Source: an uncultured Gemmatimonadota bacterium (GTDB lineage: Bacteria > GCA-2686955). Taken from it: a stretch of 64,000 nt of DNA. Positions 38,660 to 49,036 of the stretch are shown here, in pieces. The stretch's first letter is position 1. Every line of letters starts with the position of its first letter. Location of the stretch: contig CAZBBK010000024.1 of the NCBI GenBank assembly GCA_964490075.1, positions 1-64,000 on the forward strand. The letters run 5' to 3'. The position numbers were made by a program, and so were the translations under genes. Under the pieces are notes generated by a model that had not been told where the DNA came from, ran no database searches, and saw nothing but the letters and a program-made list of their open reading frames with translations.

Positions 38660-39232
38660 ATGGGTGTCGACGACGACCGCGATCGAGGCGTGAAGGCCCG
38701 GTGGCGGCGACACCCCAGAGGCCTTTTCCAGAGTGATCGAGGCCGCGTGGAGAATCAGACGAACCACAGGCCGCATCCAGCGCGCGGTGATTGCCCCCCG
38801 GAAAGGGCCGACGACCCGGCCGGGCGCGCACGGAAGCGCGATGGGTCCTCACCGGCGCTCCTGCTGGTCGACGACTCACCCGGTTTTCTGCGCGCAGCGG
38901 CGCGTGTGCTGGCCGGCAAGGGCTTCGACGTCAAGGTCGCAACATCGGCGGCACGGGCCAAAGAGATCCTGGCGCGCGAGCCGATCGAGGGCGTGCTGCT
39001 CGATGTCGTGCTTCGCGGGAGCGACGGTCTCGATCTGCTGCGCACTCTGGCCGCCGACTATCCGCGGGTACGAGCCTCGGTGGTCACGGGTCATCTGAGC
39101 GCCCGGATCATCGCCGAGGCGAGCAGCTGCGGGGCGCTCGACGTGCTGGTCAAGCCGGTGCAGGGAACGGAGCTGCTGCAAGCCGCCAGCGCCTTGCTGG
39201 GCGACGCTGCCGCCGATTCCAATCCAGGCTAG
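38660..39232 (+). CDS. Stand-alone response regulator receiver domain protein (start uncertain)
   Basis: LLVDD, LLDVVL...DG, VTG, LVKP. Confidence 0.75.
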   Translation: MGVDDDRDRGVKARWRRHPRGLFQSDRGRVENQTNHRPHPARGDCPPERADDPAGRARKRDGSSPALLLVDDSPGFLRAAARVLAGKGFDVKVATSAARAKEILAREPIEGVLLDVVLRGSDGLDLLRTLAADYPRVRASVVTGHLSARIIAEASSCGALDVLVKPVQGTELLQAASALLGDAAADSNPG

Positions 39233-40587
39233 CCAATGCCCCATTCCGTCAGACGACGGTAGATGGTGCGCGGGGCGATGCCCAGGATGCGGGCGGTCTT
39301 CTTCTTGTCTCCGCCGGTTCGGTTCAGCGTTCTGAGGATCATCTCTTTCTCGACCACCGTGAGCTCCGTCCCCACCGGAAAATGCAGCACATCGGTCGAG
39401 CCATCGGCCTCGCCGACCTGTGCCGGCAGCAGGTTGGCGTCGATGAACTCCTCGCGACAGAGCACCACCGCGCGCTCGATGACGTTCTCCAACTCGCGCA
39501 CGTTGCCGGCCCAGTGATAGCGCACCAGAGCCTCCATCGCCGCCCGGGTCAGTCCTTTGATCGACTTGCCGTTCTTGCGGTTGTAGACGGAAAGGAAGTG
39601 GTTGACGAGCAGAGGAATATCGTCGGGCCGCTCGCGCAATGGAGGCACCGCGACGGTGATGACATTCAGGCGGAAGAATAGGTCTTCGCGAAAACGCCGC
39701 GCCGCGACCTCTTCGCTCAGATCGCGATGTGTCGCTCCCACGATGCGCACGTCGGTTCGCAGCGTCTTGGCGCCGCCGACTCTCTCGAACTCCCCTTCCT
39801 GCAACACGCGCAGCAGCTTGACCTGCATCGAAGGCGGCATATCGGCGATCTCGTCGAGCAGCAGAGTCCCGCCGTGCGCGATCTCGAAGCGTCCGCGGCG
39901 CGATCCGACCGCGCCGGTGAAAGCGCCGCGCTCGTGGCCGAAGAGCTCCGCCTCGAGCAGTGTGTCCGGGAGGGCGCCGCAGTTCAGCTTGACGAAAGGG
40001 CTGTCGCGGCGTGGTGAGAGGCTGTGCAGAAGATTGGCCAGCAGCTCCTTGCCGGTGCCACTCTCGCCGTGAATCAAGACGGTGGCCGAGCTGGCAGCCA
40101 CCTGTTCGACCAGCTCGAGCACCGAGCGCATCTGCCGGCTCGTGCCGATAATATGACGCCTGCTCTCGTGTTCCTCGAGGCGCTCTCGAAGCAACACATT
40201 TTCTCGCAGCAGCCGGTGGCGGTCGTAGGCGTGGGTCACGGTGCGAATCAGCTCGTTCTTGCCCGCCGGTTTGGTCAGGTAGTCGTAAGCTCCTTCTCTG
40301 AGACTGGCCACCGCTTCTTCGACCGTTCCCTCCCCGCTCACCATCACGAAGACTGCGTCGGGGCGCCGACTCTGCACTCGACGGTGCAGCTCCCGTCCGT
40401 CTATTCCCGGCATGCGCAGGTCGGAGACGATCACCCCCGGCACCTTGTCACCCACCGCGGCCAGTGCCTGCTCACCGCTTTCCGCCTGGATCACCGCGTA
40501 GCCTTCGCGCTCCAGCACCCGGCAGATCGCCGAGCGGTGGGCCTCGTCGTCTTCGACCACCAGCACCGTTCGCAGCTCCGCGCTCAT
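39229..40587 (-). CDS. Sigma-54-dependent response regulator (NtrC/AtoC type)
   Basis: Receiver (EDD, DLRMP), [30 protein letters not shown]-terminal Fis HTH. Confidence 0.97.
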   Translation of the reverse strand: MSAELRTVLVVEDDEAHRSAICRVLEREGYAVIQAESGEQALAAVGDKVPGVIVSDLRMPGIDGRELHRRVQSRRPDAVFVMVSGEGTVEEAVASLREGAYDYLTKPAGKNELIRTVTHAYDRHRLLRENVLLRERLEEHESRRHIIGTSRQMRSVLELVEQVAASSATVLIHGESGTGKELLANLLHSLSPRRDSPFVKLNCGALPDTLLEAELFGHERGAFTGAVGSRRGRFEIAHGGTLLLDEIADMPPSMQVKLLRVLQEGEFERVGGAKTLRTDVRIVGATHRDLSEEVAARRFREDLFFRLNVITVAVPPLRERPDDIPLLVNHFLSVYNRKNGKSIKGLTRAAMEALVRYHWAGNVRELENVIERAVVLCREEFIDANLLPAQVGEADGSTDVLHFPVGTELTVVEKEMILRTLNRTGGDKKKTARILGIAPRTIYRRLTEWGIG

Positions 40588-42137
40588 GTCTCGAGCTCCT
40601 GCTCGCTGATCGGAAGGCTGATCTCGAACACCATGCCCGCGCCGCGCCGCGCCCGGGCGGTCAGCCGGCCGCCGTGCTCCTCGACGATCTTTCTGGCCAG
40701 TGGCAGGCCGAGACCCGTTCCGTTGGTTTTGGTGGTGTGAAAGGGCTCGAACGCCCAGTCGAGCCGCTCGCCCGGGATGCCACAGCCCTCGTCGGACACT
40801 TGCAGCTGCGCTTCGTTCTCCCGCGTGGCCACCCTCATGTCGACGTTGCGGCCTCGGGGAGTGGCTTCCAGCGCGTTGCGCAGGAGATTCAGAATCACTC
40901 GATGCAGCTGATCTCGGTCGCCGCTGCAGAGTGCGCCCGGGGACGAGGCTCCCTCCAGGGACAGGCGTACGCCCGCGCTTGCGAACTCCCCGCCGAGCAG
41001 ATCGGCCGCCTCCGAGGCCAGCTCCTCCAGCTCAATCGCCTCGGGCGCGGAGCTCGGCATCCTGCTGAACTGAAGATACTCGTTGACGATGCGGGCCAGG
41101 AGGTCGACCTCGTTCAAGACCGAATCCAACAGTTTCCGGGCCTCGGCGACTTTGCTATCGGGCAGCTCGACCAGCTCGTCGCGAGCCATCTCGACGTTTA
41201 GCTGAATGGCTCCCAGAGGATTGCGCAGCTCGTGCGCCACCTGAGCCGCCATGCGCCCGATTGCGGCCAGCTGCCCGTCGCGGATCACGCGCTCTTGCAG
41301 CTGCTGCCGGAGGGTGATGTCGCGGTGAATCGCGGAAAATCCCACGCACTCGCCACTGCCGTCCCGCAGGCAGGAGAGCGTGAGCTCGATGGCCCGCTCT
41401 TCACCCTCGCGGGTGACGCGCATCGTCTCATAGCCGCGAATCGTGCCGACCCGCATCAGCTGCCGGCGCAGCACGTCGATCTCCCCCGCGTCGCGCAGGC
41501 GCTGCGGGAGGAGGGTCTCCAGCGGCATTCCTTGCACCTCGTGCTCGGAGTAGCCGAAGGTATGCTCCGCTGCCCGGTTCCAGCCGAAGATCCGCATCCT
41601 CTTGTCGAGGAGCATCACCGGATCGCCCGAGCCGGACAGAAACGAGCGCAGCATTTCGAACTGGTGGACCACGCGCTCCAGGGGCTCGGTCACGATCGTC
41701 TCGTCGCGGACGAAAAGGGCGAAGCTGCACGGGCCGCACATCCGCCTCCCGCCCGGATCCTGGCGGCCGCAGGTGTGGACCCAGACATCGTTCTCCTGGT
41801 CGCAGATGCTGCCCGGCCTGCTGGGCGCCGGCGACACCGGAGCGATCGACACCGCGACCCGCCGGCCGGCGATCGTCTCCTCGCCCCAGAGCGCGGCCCA
41901 GCCGGAATTCCTCGATTGCTCGAGGAGGTCGGGCAGCCGCTCGACCAGGCCTGGCAGAAAGCGCTGCAGTGGGGCCCCGATCAGCTCCTCTTGCGGAGCT
42001 CCGAGGGTCTCGCCCAGGCCGGGACCCGCGCGCAGGATCTTGCCCTGTGGGTCGAGCAGGCTCACGCCCTTGCCCCCACCCTCGACCAGGGCGCGTCGCA
42101 GCGCGTCGATCGGCGCAGTGAGCTCCGCGGATAGCAT
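40584..42137 (-). CDS. Cytoplasmic PAS-PAS sensor histidine kinase
   Basis: WNRAAEHTFGY PAS, AHELRNPL, NLLRNA, DEGCGI, FHTTK..GTGLGL. Confidence 0.95.
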   Translation of the reverse strand: MLSAELTAPIDALRRALVEGGGKGVSLLDPQGKILRAGPGLGETLGAPQEELIGAPLQRFLPGLVERLPDLLEQSRNSGWAALWGEETIAGRRVAVSIAPVSPAPSRPGSICDQENDVWVHTCGRQDPGGRRMCGPCSFALFVRDETIVTEPLERVVHQFEMLRSFLSGSGDPVMLLDKRMRIFGWNRAAEHTFGYSEHEVQGMPLETLLPQRLRDAGEIDVLRRQLMRVGTIRGYETMRVTREGEERAIELTLSCLRDGSGECVGFSAIHRDITLRQQLQERVIRDGQLAAIGRMAAQVAHELRNPLGAIQLNVEMARDELVELPDSKVAEARKLLDSVLNEVDLLARIVNEYLQFSRMPSSAPEAIELEELASEAADLLGGEFASAGVRLSLEGASSPGALCSGDRDQLHRVILNLLRNALEATPRGRNVDMRVATRENEAQLQVSDEGCGIPGERLDWAFEPFHTTKTNGTGLGLPLARKIVEEHGGRLTARARRGAGMVFEISLPISEQELET

Positions 42138-42163
42138 CTCGCCTCTCTCGTCCTCTGTGCGGC

Positions 42164-42628
42164 CTATTGGTCCGCCTCCTCGCGCACCACGACCACCGGG
42201 CAGGGCGCCTCGCGAATCACCTTCTCCGTCTCGCTGCCGAGCAGCAAGTGGGCCAACCCTTTGCGCCCGTGGGTGCCCATGACGACGAGGTCGTAGTCGG
42301 CGGCGCGGGCCAGCTCCAGGATCTCTTCATGAACCCGGCCGCTGACGACCTTCGGCCGCAGCTCGATCTGCTCCGGAATGGCGAGCTCCTGTGCGAATTC
42401 CCCCAGGGTGCGCAGGGCGTTGCCGTGGGCCACCTGCGAGAGCGAGAGATTCCGTTCCTTGCCCACGCTCTCGAAGTACTCCGGCCCCAGGAAGACCGGT
42501 GGCTCCCAAACGTATACGAGGTCGATGGTTGCGCCGGTGGCCCCGGCCAGGAAGAGCGCGTAGTCCGCGGCCTTCTTGGAGCAGGGCGAGAAGTCGATCG
42601 GCACGAGTATGTGGTGGATGGCAGTCAT
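42164..42628 (-). CDS. Universal stress protein
   Basis: ILVPIDFS, DLVVMGTHGRKG...LLGSETEKV..APCPV; GGAG RBS. Confidence 0.95.
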   Translation of the reverse strand: MTAIHHILVPIDFSPCSKKAADYALFLAGATGATIDLVYVWEPPVFLGPEYFESVGKERNLSLSQVAHGNALRTLGEFAQELAIPEQIELRPKVVSGRVHEEILELARAADYDLVVMGTHGRKGLAHLLLGSETEKVIREAPCPVVVVREEADQ

Positions 42629-43079
42629 GATCTTGTCTCCGGCGGCGAGACCAAATCCCAAGAGCCGCTGCCGCATATGGTAGTCGATGCCGATCCGAGG
42701 TTCCAGGAGCCTCGGCTACGCGCCATTTTCGAAGAATTGCGAAACCAGGGCTTGCAACCCGCCCCCATGGGCGCGTTACTATGGACGCGGTCAACAAAGC
42801 GTTGGTGGACCCCATCCCTGCCAGGTCGCGAGTCGAGCCGTCGTCGCGAGCGCAGGAACCTGAACCCGCCGCCCCATCGGTGATCCCGCCGAGCAACCGG
42901 GCGACAATGCACCGATCCTCTCAATTGCCGCCTCCCGCGCGGCAAGCATGTGAAGAGCTGGTCCGAATTCCCCTGTGTCATTCGTTGCCGATGGCACCCT
43001 CCGGCCGTGCCGCCAAGGCACCGGCCGAATCGAGCGCAACGGCCGACCGGAGCTCGGACTGGACGTTCTGGAGTGTCTC

Positions 43080-43838
43080 ATGACCGCCGCAGTCGAAGAA
43101 AAGTGGTACAACCTGTCCGAGATGTCTCGGTTGACGGGTATCAATCGCGCCCAGCTACACAAGTACGTGAAGTCGCATCCCGATCGCATCAGGAGTCAGA
43201 GATTTGGAGCTCGGACGAAGTTCCACGAAACGGCGGTCCAGGCCTTCGAGCAGATTCGTGAAGAAGGACTCAAGCGCGTCGGGAAGCCGGTAACGAGGCG
43301 CGACAAGGTCGACCCCGCCAATGTCAAAAGGAAGCCGGGGCGCCCGGCTGTGGCCAAGGCGGCGCCGGCTTCGACGCAGTACTACAGTCTGGCGGAAATG
43401 GCCCGCATGACGGGAATCAACCGCGTCCAACTGCACAAAATCTCGCGCGCCTACGCGAGCCGCATTCCCAGCCGCAAGGTCGGGGGACGCACGCAGTATC
43501 CGACCGACGCGGCCGACGTCTTCAAGCAACTCCGGGACGAACAGCGCGTCAGCGGACCGAAGGCGGTAGTGGCCCCCGTCCGGACCGCTCCGACCAAGAA
43601 GACGTCGTCGGCTCCGCGTGCCAAGGCCGCGCGCCCGGCGCCGGCGTTCGCACCGGTCGACGAGCCGGAACAAGCGACACTGAGCGCCGCCATCGCGCCG
43701 GCAGCAGCGGAGGGTGAACCGGTCGCCGGCGCCGAACAGGCGATCGATGCGCTGACCCTGGCGATCCGCATCATCGCGGCGCCCGCCGATGTGCAGGCGG
43801 CGATTCGAGTGTTGCTGGATCGAGTGGGAACCAGATAG
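43080..43838 (+). CDS. Putative DNA-binding protein with two tandem MerR/excisionase-like HTH domains
   Basis: Internal duplication YNLSEMSRLTGINRAQLHK / YSLAEMARMTGINRVQLHK; KRKPGRP linker; Ala/Pro/Lys-rich tail; GGAG RBS. Confidence 0.75.
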   Translation: MTAAVEEKWYNLSEMSRLTGINRAQLHKYVKSHPDRIRSQRFGARTKFHETAVQAFEQIREEGLKRVGKPVTRRDKVDPANVKRKPGRPAVAKAAPASTQYYSLAEMARMTGINRVQLHKISRAYASRIPSRKVGGRTQYPTDAADVFKQLRDEQRVSGPKAVVAPVRTAPTKKTSSAPRAKAARPAPAFAPVDEPEQATLSAAIAPAAAEGEPVAGAEQAIDALTLAIRIIAAPADVQAAIRVLLDRVGTR

Positions 43839-44093
43839 CGGCGATTCCGTGACCGTCATTCGCGGGAACCGAGGGACCGTGCGGCGGCGCCGCACGGGTC
43901 GCGGTGAAGCCCCGCCCCCCTCGCCCATGAGGCGCCGGTTGGGCGGGGCGGAAGCGCCGCTCCGCGTGACGCTTTGTCCCATGGGTTCGCCCGCGGCGGA
44001 CGATGTGCGGCGCTTTGGCACGGAGCAGGAGCGGGCGTCGTTCAGAGGTCTGGAAGTCCTTGTATTTCAACCACCGTCGGCCGCAGACGGCGC

Positions 44094-44109
44094 TGGCACG
44101 ACCGTTGCT
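44094..44109 (+). promoter_or_regulatory. Sigma-54 (-24/-12) promoter
   Basis: TGGCAC-GACCG-TTGCT is an exact match to TGGCAC-N5-TTGCW and ends ~40 bp upstream of ATG 44152. Confidence 0.8.
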
Positions 44110-44151
44110 CGTACGAGGCTTGAATCCATCCTCTGAGACATTGGAGCCAAC

Positions 44152-45555
44152 ATGCCCGAATTCCTCATCATCGGCGGAGTATCAGCGGGAACCAGCGCCG
44201 CGGCCCGTGCCCGGCGCCTCTCCCCGGATCTGAAGATCACCATCCTCGAAAAGAGCGCCGATATCTCCTACCGGGCTTGCGGCATTCCCGATGCGATGGC
44301 GGAGCCGGACCCCGATCTGGAGAGTCTGATCGTGCGGCCTGCGGCCGCTTTCGCTCAGGACCAGGTGCTGATCCGTTTCGAGCACGAGGCCGTGGGCATC
44401 GATCCCGATCGAGGTCGAGTGCACTGCGTTGCGGGTGGTCGCGACGTAGTGCTGAGCTACGATCACCTGCTCTTGACCATGGGGGCGCTGCCGGTCAGGC
44501 CGGAGGTGCCGGGAGTCGATCTGCCGGGGGTGGAGGTGCTCCGATCTCTGGGCGACGCGCGGGTGCTTCGAACCTACTGTCGCGAGGGAGTGCTGTCCCG
44601 AGTCACAGTGGTGGGAGCGGGCTACGTCGGTGTCGCCATGGCGGAGGCGCTGGCGCGCAGAGGTCTCGATGTGACCCTGATCGAGGAGCGCGATGCGATC
44701 CTGCCCGGAGTCGAAAGCGTAATCGCCCATAAGGTGGTGAAGGCGGTGCGCAAACAGGGGGTGCGCGTGCTGCTGGGGGCCGCCCTGGCGGGGATCGAGA
44801 GGGAATCGCAATCGGCGCGTCACCTGGTGGTAGAGACAGAAGAAGGAACCAAGTTTTCGACCGACCTGGTGCTGCTGGCCACCGGCGTTCGACCCAACGT
44901 CGATTTCGCCAAGGAGGCGGGGGTCGAGCTGGGCGAAACCGGCGCGATCGCCGTCGATGCGCTGCAGCGCACCAATATCGACGGGATCCTGGCGGCCGGG
45001 GACTGTGCCGAGGCCTATCACCGGATCGTCGAGCGAGCGGCGTGGGTGCCGCTCTGCACCACGGCGATCAAGCAGGGGCGCGTGGCGGGCTCTGTGGTTG
45101 CCGGAGAGGCAGACTATTTCCACGGAGTGGTCGGCACCATGGCGGCGGAGGTGTGCGGCACGCAGGTGGCCCGCACCGGGCTGACGATGTCGGAGGCGAA
45201 ATCCGCGGGCTTCGATCCGGTGATGGCCGTAACCAGTGCACCGTCGCGAGCGCCCGGGCGGCCCGAGGGGCGTTCTCTGAACATGGCCATTATCGCCGAC
45301 CGCAAAGAGGGCAGGCTGATCGGAGCCCATTGTTGCGGCCAGGATGGAGCAGTGCTGCGGATCAACACCTTCGCCGCGGCGCTTCACGCCGAGCTGGCGG
45401 CCGAAGACGTGGCGACCATCGATCTCGCCTACACGCCTTCGGCGGCGCCGGTCTGGGATCCGATCCTGGTCGGCGCATCGTTGGCCGCCCGGAAGATCGT
45501 GGAGCCGCCGCGGGCTCCGCGCGCCCGACTGCCGCGGGTCGCCGGCTCGCGCTGA
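44152..45555 (+). CDS. CoA-disulfide reductase / NADH oxidase family flavoprotein
   Basis: IIGGVSAG, ISYRACGIP (redox Cys), GAGYVG, AAGDC, DLAYTP...VWDP. Confidence 0.9.
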   Translation: MPEFLIIGGVSAGTSAAARARRLSPDLKITILEKSADISYRACGIPDAMAEPDPDLESLIVRPAAAFAQDQVLIRFEHEAVGIDPDRGRVHCVAGGRDVVLSYDHLLLTMGALPVRPEVPGVDLPGVEVLRSLGDARVLRTYCREGVLSRVTVVGAGYVGVAMAEALARRGLDVTLIEERDAILPGVESVIAHKVVKAVRKQGVRVLLGAALAGIERESQSARHLVVETEEGTKFSTDLVLLATGVRPNVDFAKEAGVELGETGAIAVDALQRTNIDGILAAGDCAEAYHRIVERAAWVPLCTTAIKQGRVAGSVVAGEADYFHGVVGTMAAEVCGTQVARTGLTMSEAKSAGFDPVMAVTSAPSRAPGRPEGRSLNMAIIADRKEGRLIGAHCCGQDGAVLRINTFAAALHAELAAEDVATIDLAYTPSAAPVWDPILVGASLAARKIVEPPRAPRARLPRVAGSR

Positions 45556-45565
45556 CCGGGTCCTA

Positions 45566-48307
45566 TCAATCCAGACCCGGCGGCACGGCGCCCTCCAGAA
45601 AGCGCTCGAGCCGGCGCGCGTGCGCGGCGTTCCAGCCGCTCTCGATCTGGGCCACGGTCCCGTCGACTTCGATCAGGAGTGTGATCGGAACCCGCGGCGG
45701 AGCGCCACCGAAGAGCATCCGTCGCAGCGGCTTCGAGGCGATGGCATTGCGGTAGGTGGCGTCGGCGGCGTGGATTCGCGTTTCGATCGCCGCCTTGCGC
45801 GTCGGAGGATCGATGCTGATGCCGATCACCGAATCGCGTGGATGACGCTTCGCGAGGCCGGCGAGAAAGCGCATCTCGCGCGGGCAGATCCGGCACCACG
45901 AGGCCCACAGATTCACCACACATCGAGCGCCGCCCGGGACCAGTGCGCGCAGCTCGACCAGCTCGCCGGTCAGCGTTTCCGCGCTGCCCTTCGGCAGCGC
46001 CTCTCCGACCCGCAGCGCCAAGGGCTCGGCGGTGCCGGGATCGGGCAGACGCGCCGCGCGCTGCTCCAGACGGATCGGGCGCTGCTCGCCCGCCACGAAA
46101 CGCCAGTAGCTTCCGGCGGGAAGATCGTGGGCCCGGGTCCGCGAGCCGCCCGGCCACTCTATCTCGACGTCGGCCCGCCGATCGTCGCCCAGGCCGAAGA
46201 GCAGACGCGGGTCGTGCTGGGAGAGAAATCCTGAGCCCGCCGAACGGATACGAGTCTGCGTCCCGGCGGATCCCCTGACCCGCACCACCGCGCCGAGGGC
46301 GCCGGCGCCGCCGCCGTGGCTCCCGGTCAGCTCCAGGCGAAGCCAGCCAGCACTCTGGCCGATGTTGTTGCGATAGAGCAGATGGGTCGGACCCTGCAGC
46401 GTGGTCGCAAACAAATCGTGATCGCCATCGTTGTCGAAGTCGGCGAACACCACCGCTCGGCCATCCCCCTGGTGGTCGATGCCCGAAACTCCCGAAAGCT
46501 CGCGGTAGAGGGGAGGCGTTCCACCGCCCCGATGCCGATACAGACGGTTGCGCTCGTAGCCGCTGAACGAAAACCCTTGGTCGAGCAGGCGCGCCTGCTC
46601 TTCGAGCCAGGCGGACTCTCCAGCCTCCTCGAGCCCTTCCTCGGACGCCACCACGTGGCGCCAATGTTGGCTTCACGTGTCGTGCATCGAGGTTCCCGAG
46701 ACGAATCCGGCCGGCAGATACAGATCTTGCCAGCCGTCGTTGTCGAAGTCCACGAAGCCCCCGCCCCAGGCCCAGCCGGCCGCCAGTCCTCCGCTGCGCC
46801 CGGTCCAGTCCTCGAAGCGCTCTTCCGCGAGGCGCCGATAGAGACTGTTGCCTGCCGCCAGCTTGGCCAGCAGCGGTGGCGGCGCCTCGCCGTAGAGCCG
46901 CGCGAGCAACCGTCTTCCCGCCGTCGAAGACATATTGGTGACGTGCAAATCGAGTGCTCCGTCGTTGTCTACATCTCCGAATGAAACGCCCATGCCGCTG
47001 CCGGGGTCGAGCACACCCCAATCCCGCGCCCGGTCCTCGAAGATGTTGCCGCGGTTGATGAAGAGCGCGTTTTCCCCGAAGTCATTGGCCACGTAGAGAT
47101 CGACTCGACCGTCCCGGTTCAGGTCGGCGAATGCCGCGGCGTAGCTCCAGCGGGAATCGTCCACACCCCAATCCCGAGCTTGCTCTCGGAAAGTGCCGTC
47201 GCGCTGATTCATGAAGAGCAGGTTCGCGGTGCCGTTGCGCGCCCGTGACCAATCATCCGGAAAGACCTTTCCGTAGCGATTGTACGACGTGACATAGATA
47301 TCGAGGAATCCATCGCCATCCACATCGGCGCTCAGCGCCGAGTAGCCGAGAGCAGAACGAGGATCGGATCGCCGCGTGACGTTGCGAAAGCCGAGCCGCC
47401 CCTCGAGGTCGAGACGATTTTCGTAGAACTGAACCGGGCCGACCGCACTCAGGAAGAGATCGAGATCTCCGTCGTTGTCCCAGTCGAGCAGGAGAGGCGC
47501 GGATGCGTCGGGATGGCTGGCGAGACCGAGCGCCGCTCCTCGATCTACGAAGGATCCGTCCCCCTGGTTGAGATAGACGTGGGGCTGGGCGGGACCGGTC
47601 GCGACGATGTCGAGCCAGCCGTCGCGATCCAGATCGCCGGCGCACGCGCCGTGGAACACCCCCTCGGACCAGCGCCACGGCGGTAGCTCGGCCGCCACAC
47701 CCGCCGCGGCGCCCACCTCGTCGAAGAGCTCGGTGTTGGCGAGCAGCGAGCCGGCCGGGCCTTGAGTCAGGCGAATGGGCTTCCAGCGTGCGTGGCGATC
47801 GGGCGTGGCGATGGCTCGTGCGCTGCCCCGCAGCCACTCGCGGTTTCGATCCTGTGTGCGGCCCACCACGGAGTAGTGCAGGGTGGCCTCGAGGCGGCGG
47901 TCGGAGTCCACCAAGCTAGAGCTCTTCACCTTGAATCGAACGTCTTCCAGCTCCGTGAAGTGCTGGTGCCAGCTCCGCACACTGACCAGGAGAGGATCCG
48001 AGCCGGCCCCCGGAGGCCCGCTGGCGCCCGGGAGCCAGCGGCGCTCCTGGGCCCAGGGATCGAGCTCGGCTGGCGCCGGCGCCGGCTGGGGGAGCGGCTC
48101 CAGCTCGGCCCCGGGATGGAAAGCGCGCTCGATTCCCTGCCAATCGCCGTCGCGAACGGCCATCGAGAGATCGAGCAGGTTGTGGGCCAACGACTCGCTG
48201 GCTCGCTCCTGGCGGTCCATGCCGGCGCCGAACTGCTCGGCGCGAGGCGGCACCGGGTCGTTCGGTGCGGCGAGTAGAGCGAGGCCGCAGAGGGTTGTGG
48301 GGATCAT
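45566..48307 (-). CDS. CRTAC1-like FG-GAP repeat / ASPIC-UnbV protein with C-terminal TlpA-like thioredoxin domain; probable selenoprotein (in-frame TGA at 46673-46675)
   Basis: ORFs 46673-48307 and 45566-46654 share one frame separated only by TGA; DxDxDGxxDL repeats on both sides; GSGFLSQ...LFGLG..IEWPGG (ASPIC/UnbV); WASWCRIC; hairpin after the TGA. Confidence 0.75.
46644..46662 (-). promoter_or_regulatory. Candidate bacterial SECIS element
   Basis: mRNA UGA-AGCCAACAUU-GGCGCCAC-GUG-GUGGCGUC: 8-bp stem (one G-U) starting 10 nt after UGA, G-led apical loop after 18 nt. Confidence 0.65.
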
Positions 48308-48403
48308 GGCGGAGCACCCTACCCCAGCGCCCACATGGTAGGCCCGGGGCATTACCATTCGCCTTCGCAACCCTTCGCGCCCGCGATGCCGGGAAGCAGC
48401 ACC

Positions 48404-49036
48404 ATGTCCTCCACCGAAACGATCGAGATCCGGCCGCTCGCGGCGCGCGATGAGGCGTTCGCGTTGCTGCGCTTCCTGGTGTTGGTCTATGCGCTGCTCT
48501 TTCTCGCGCTGTGGGGGCGCATCGAGCGCGGCGGAGAGGAGCTGGGGCTCTTCCCCTTTCAGCTCCCCTTCGGCGAGCTTTCGCAAAGCGATCAGCGGAT
48601 GTACCGACAGTTGCGCGAGGGAATTGCCGAGCTCGTGCGCTATCGGTCGATGGACGGCGCCTGGCCGCCGGTCGCGCTGCTCGAAAGTGCCGGCGTGCCG
48701 CCCTTCGCGGAGCACCCTCTCGATGCCGGAGCCTACCACTGGTCGCTGCGGCTCGAAGGTCGCTCGATTCGATACTTGGGCAGCGCCGCGCCGGGGCGAA
48801 GCTCCTTTCTGGTGACGATTGCCGAGCCCGATCCGCGCGCTCCGGACGTCACCCACCTGGGCATGAAGGCGCTCGACGAGCTGCATCGCCGCCTCGACGA
48901 CGGAACGATCCTCGACCTGGGCGTATGGCTGCGCCCAGGCCCCGCGCCGGCGCGCGTCCTCGATCCGCCGATGAACCAGGACTGGAAACAGATCGTCGCG
49001 TCGCCTCCCGGCGACTCCACCGGAGGTCTCCCGTGA
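48404..49036 (+). CDS. DUF6162 / FpvK-like membrane protein
   Basis: IRP.AA..E + TM, LS..DQ.MY..L, WP.V..LE...VPPF, W...Y.G, DLGVW; lies directly before an FpvC-like binding protein. Confidence 0.65.
   Translation: MSSTETIEIRPLAARDEAFALLRFLVLVYALLFLALWGRIERGGEELGLFPFQLPFGELSQSDQRMYRQLREGIAELVRYRSMDGAWPPVALLESAGVPPFAEHPLDAGAYHWSLRLEGRSIRYLGSAAPGRSSFLVTIAEPDPRAPDVTHLGMKALDELHRRLDDGTILDLGVWLRPGPAPARVLDPPMNQDWKQIVASPPGDSTGGLP

Noticed and set aside
38041-38660. Gene or ncRNA in the ~600-bp gap, including the small inverted repeat TGTCA-TGC-TGACA
   Set aside because: No ORF with protein-like composition and no recognisable RNA motif; the repeat is too short to call
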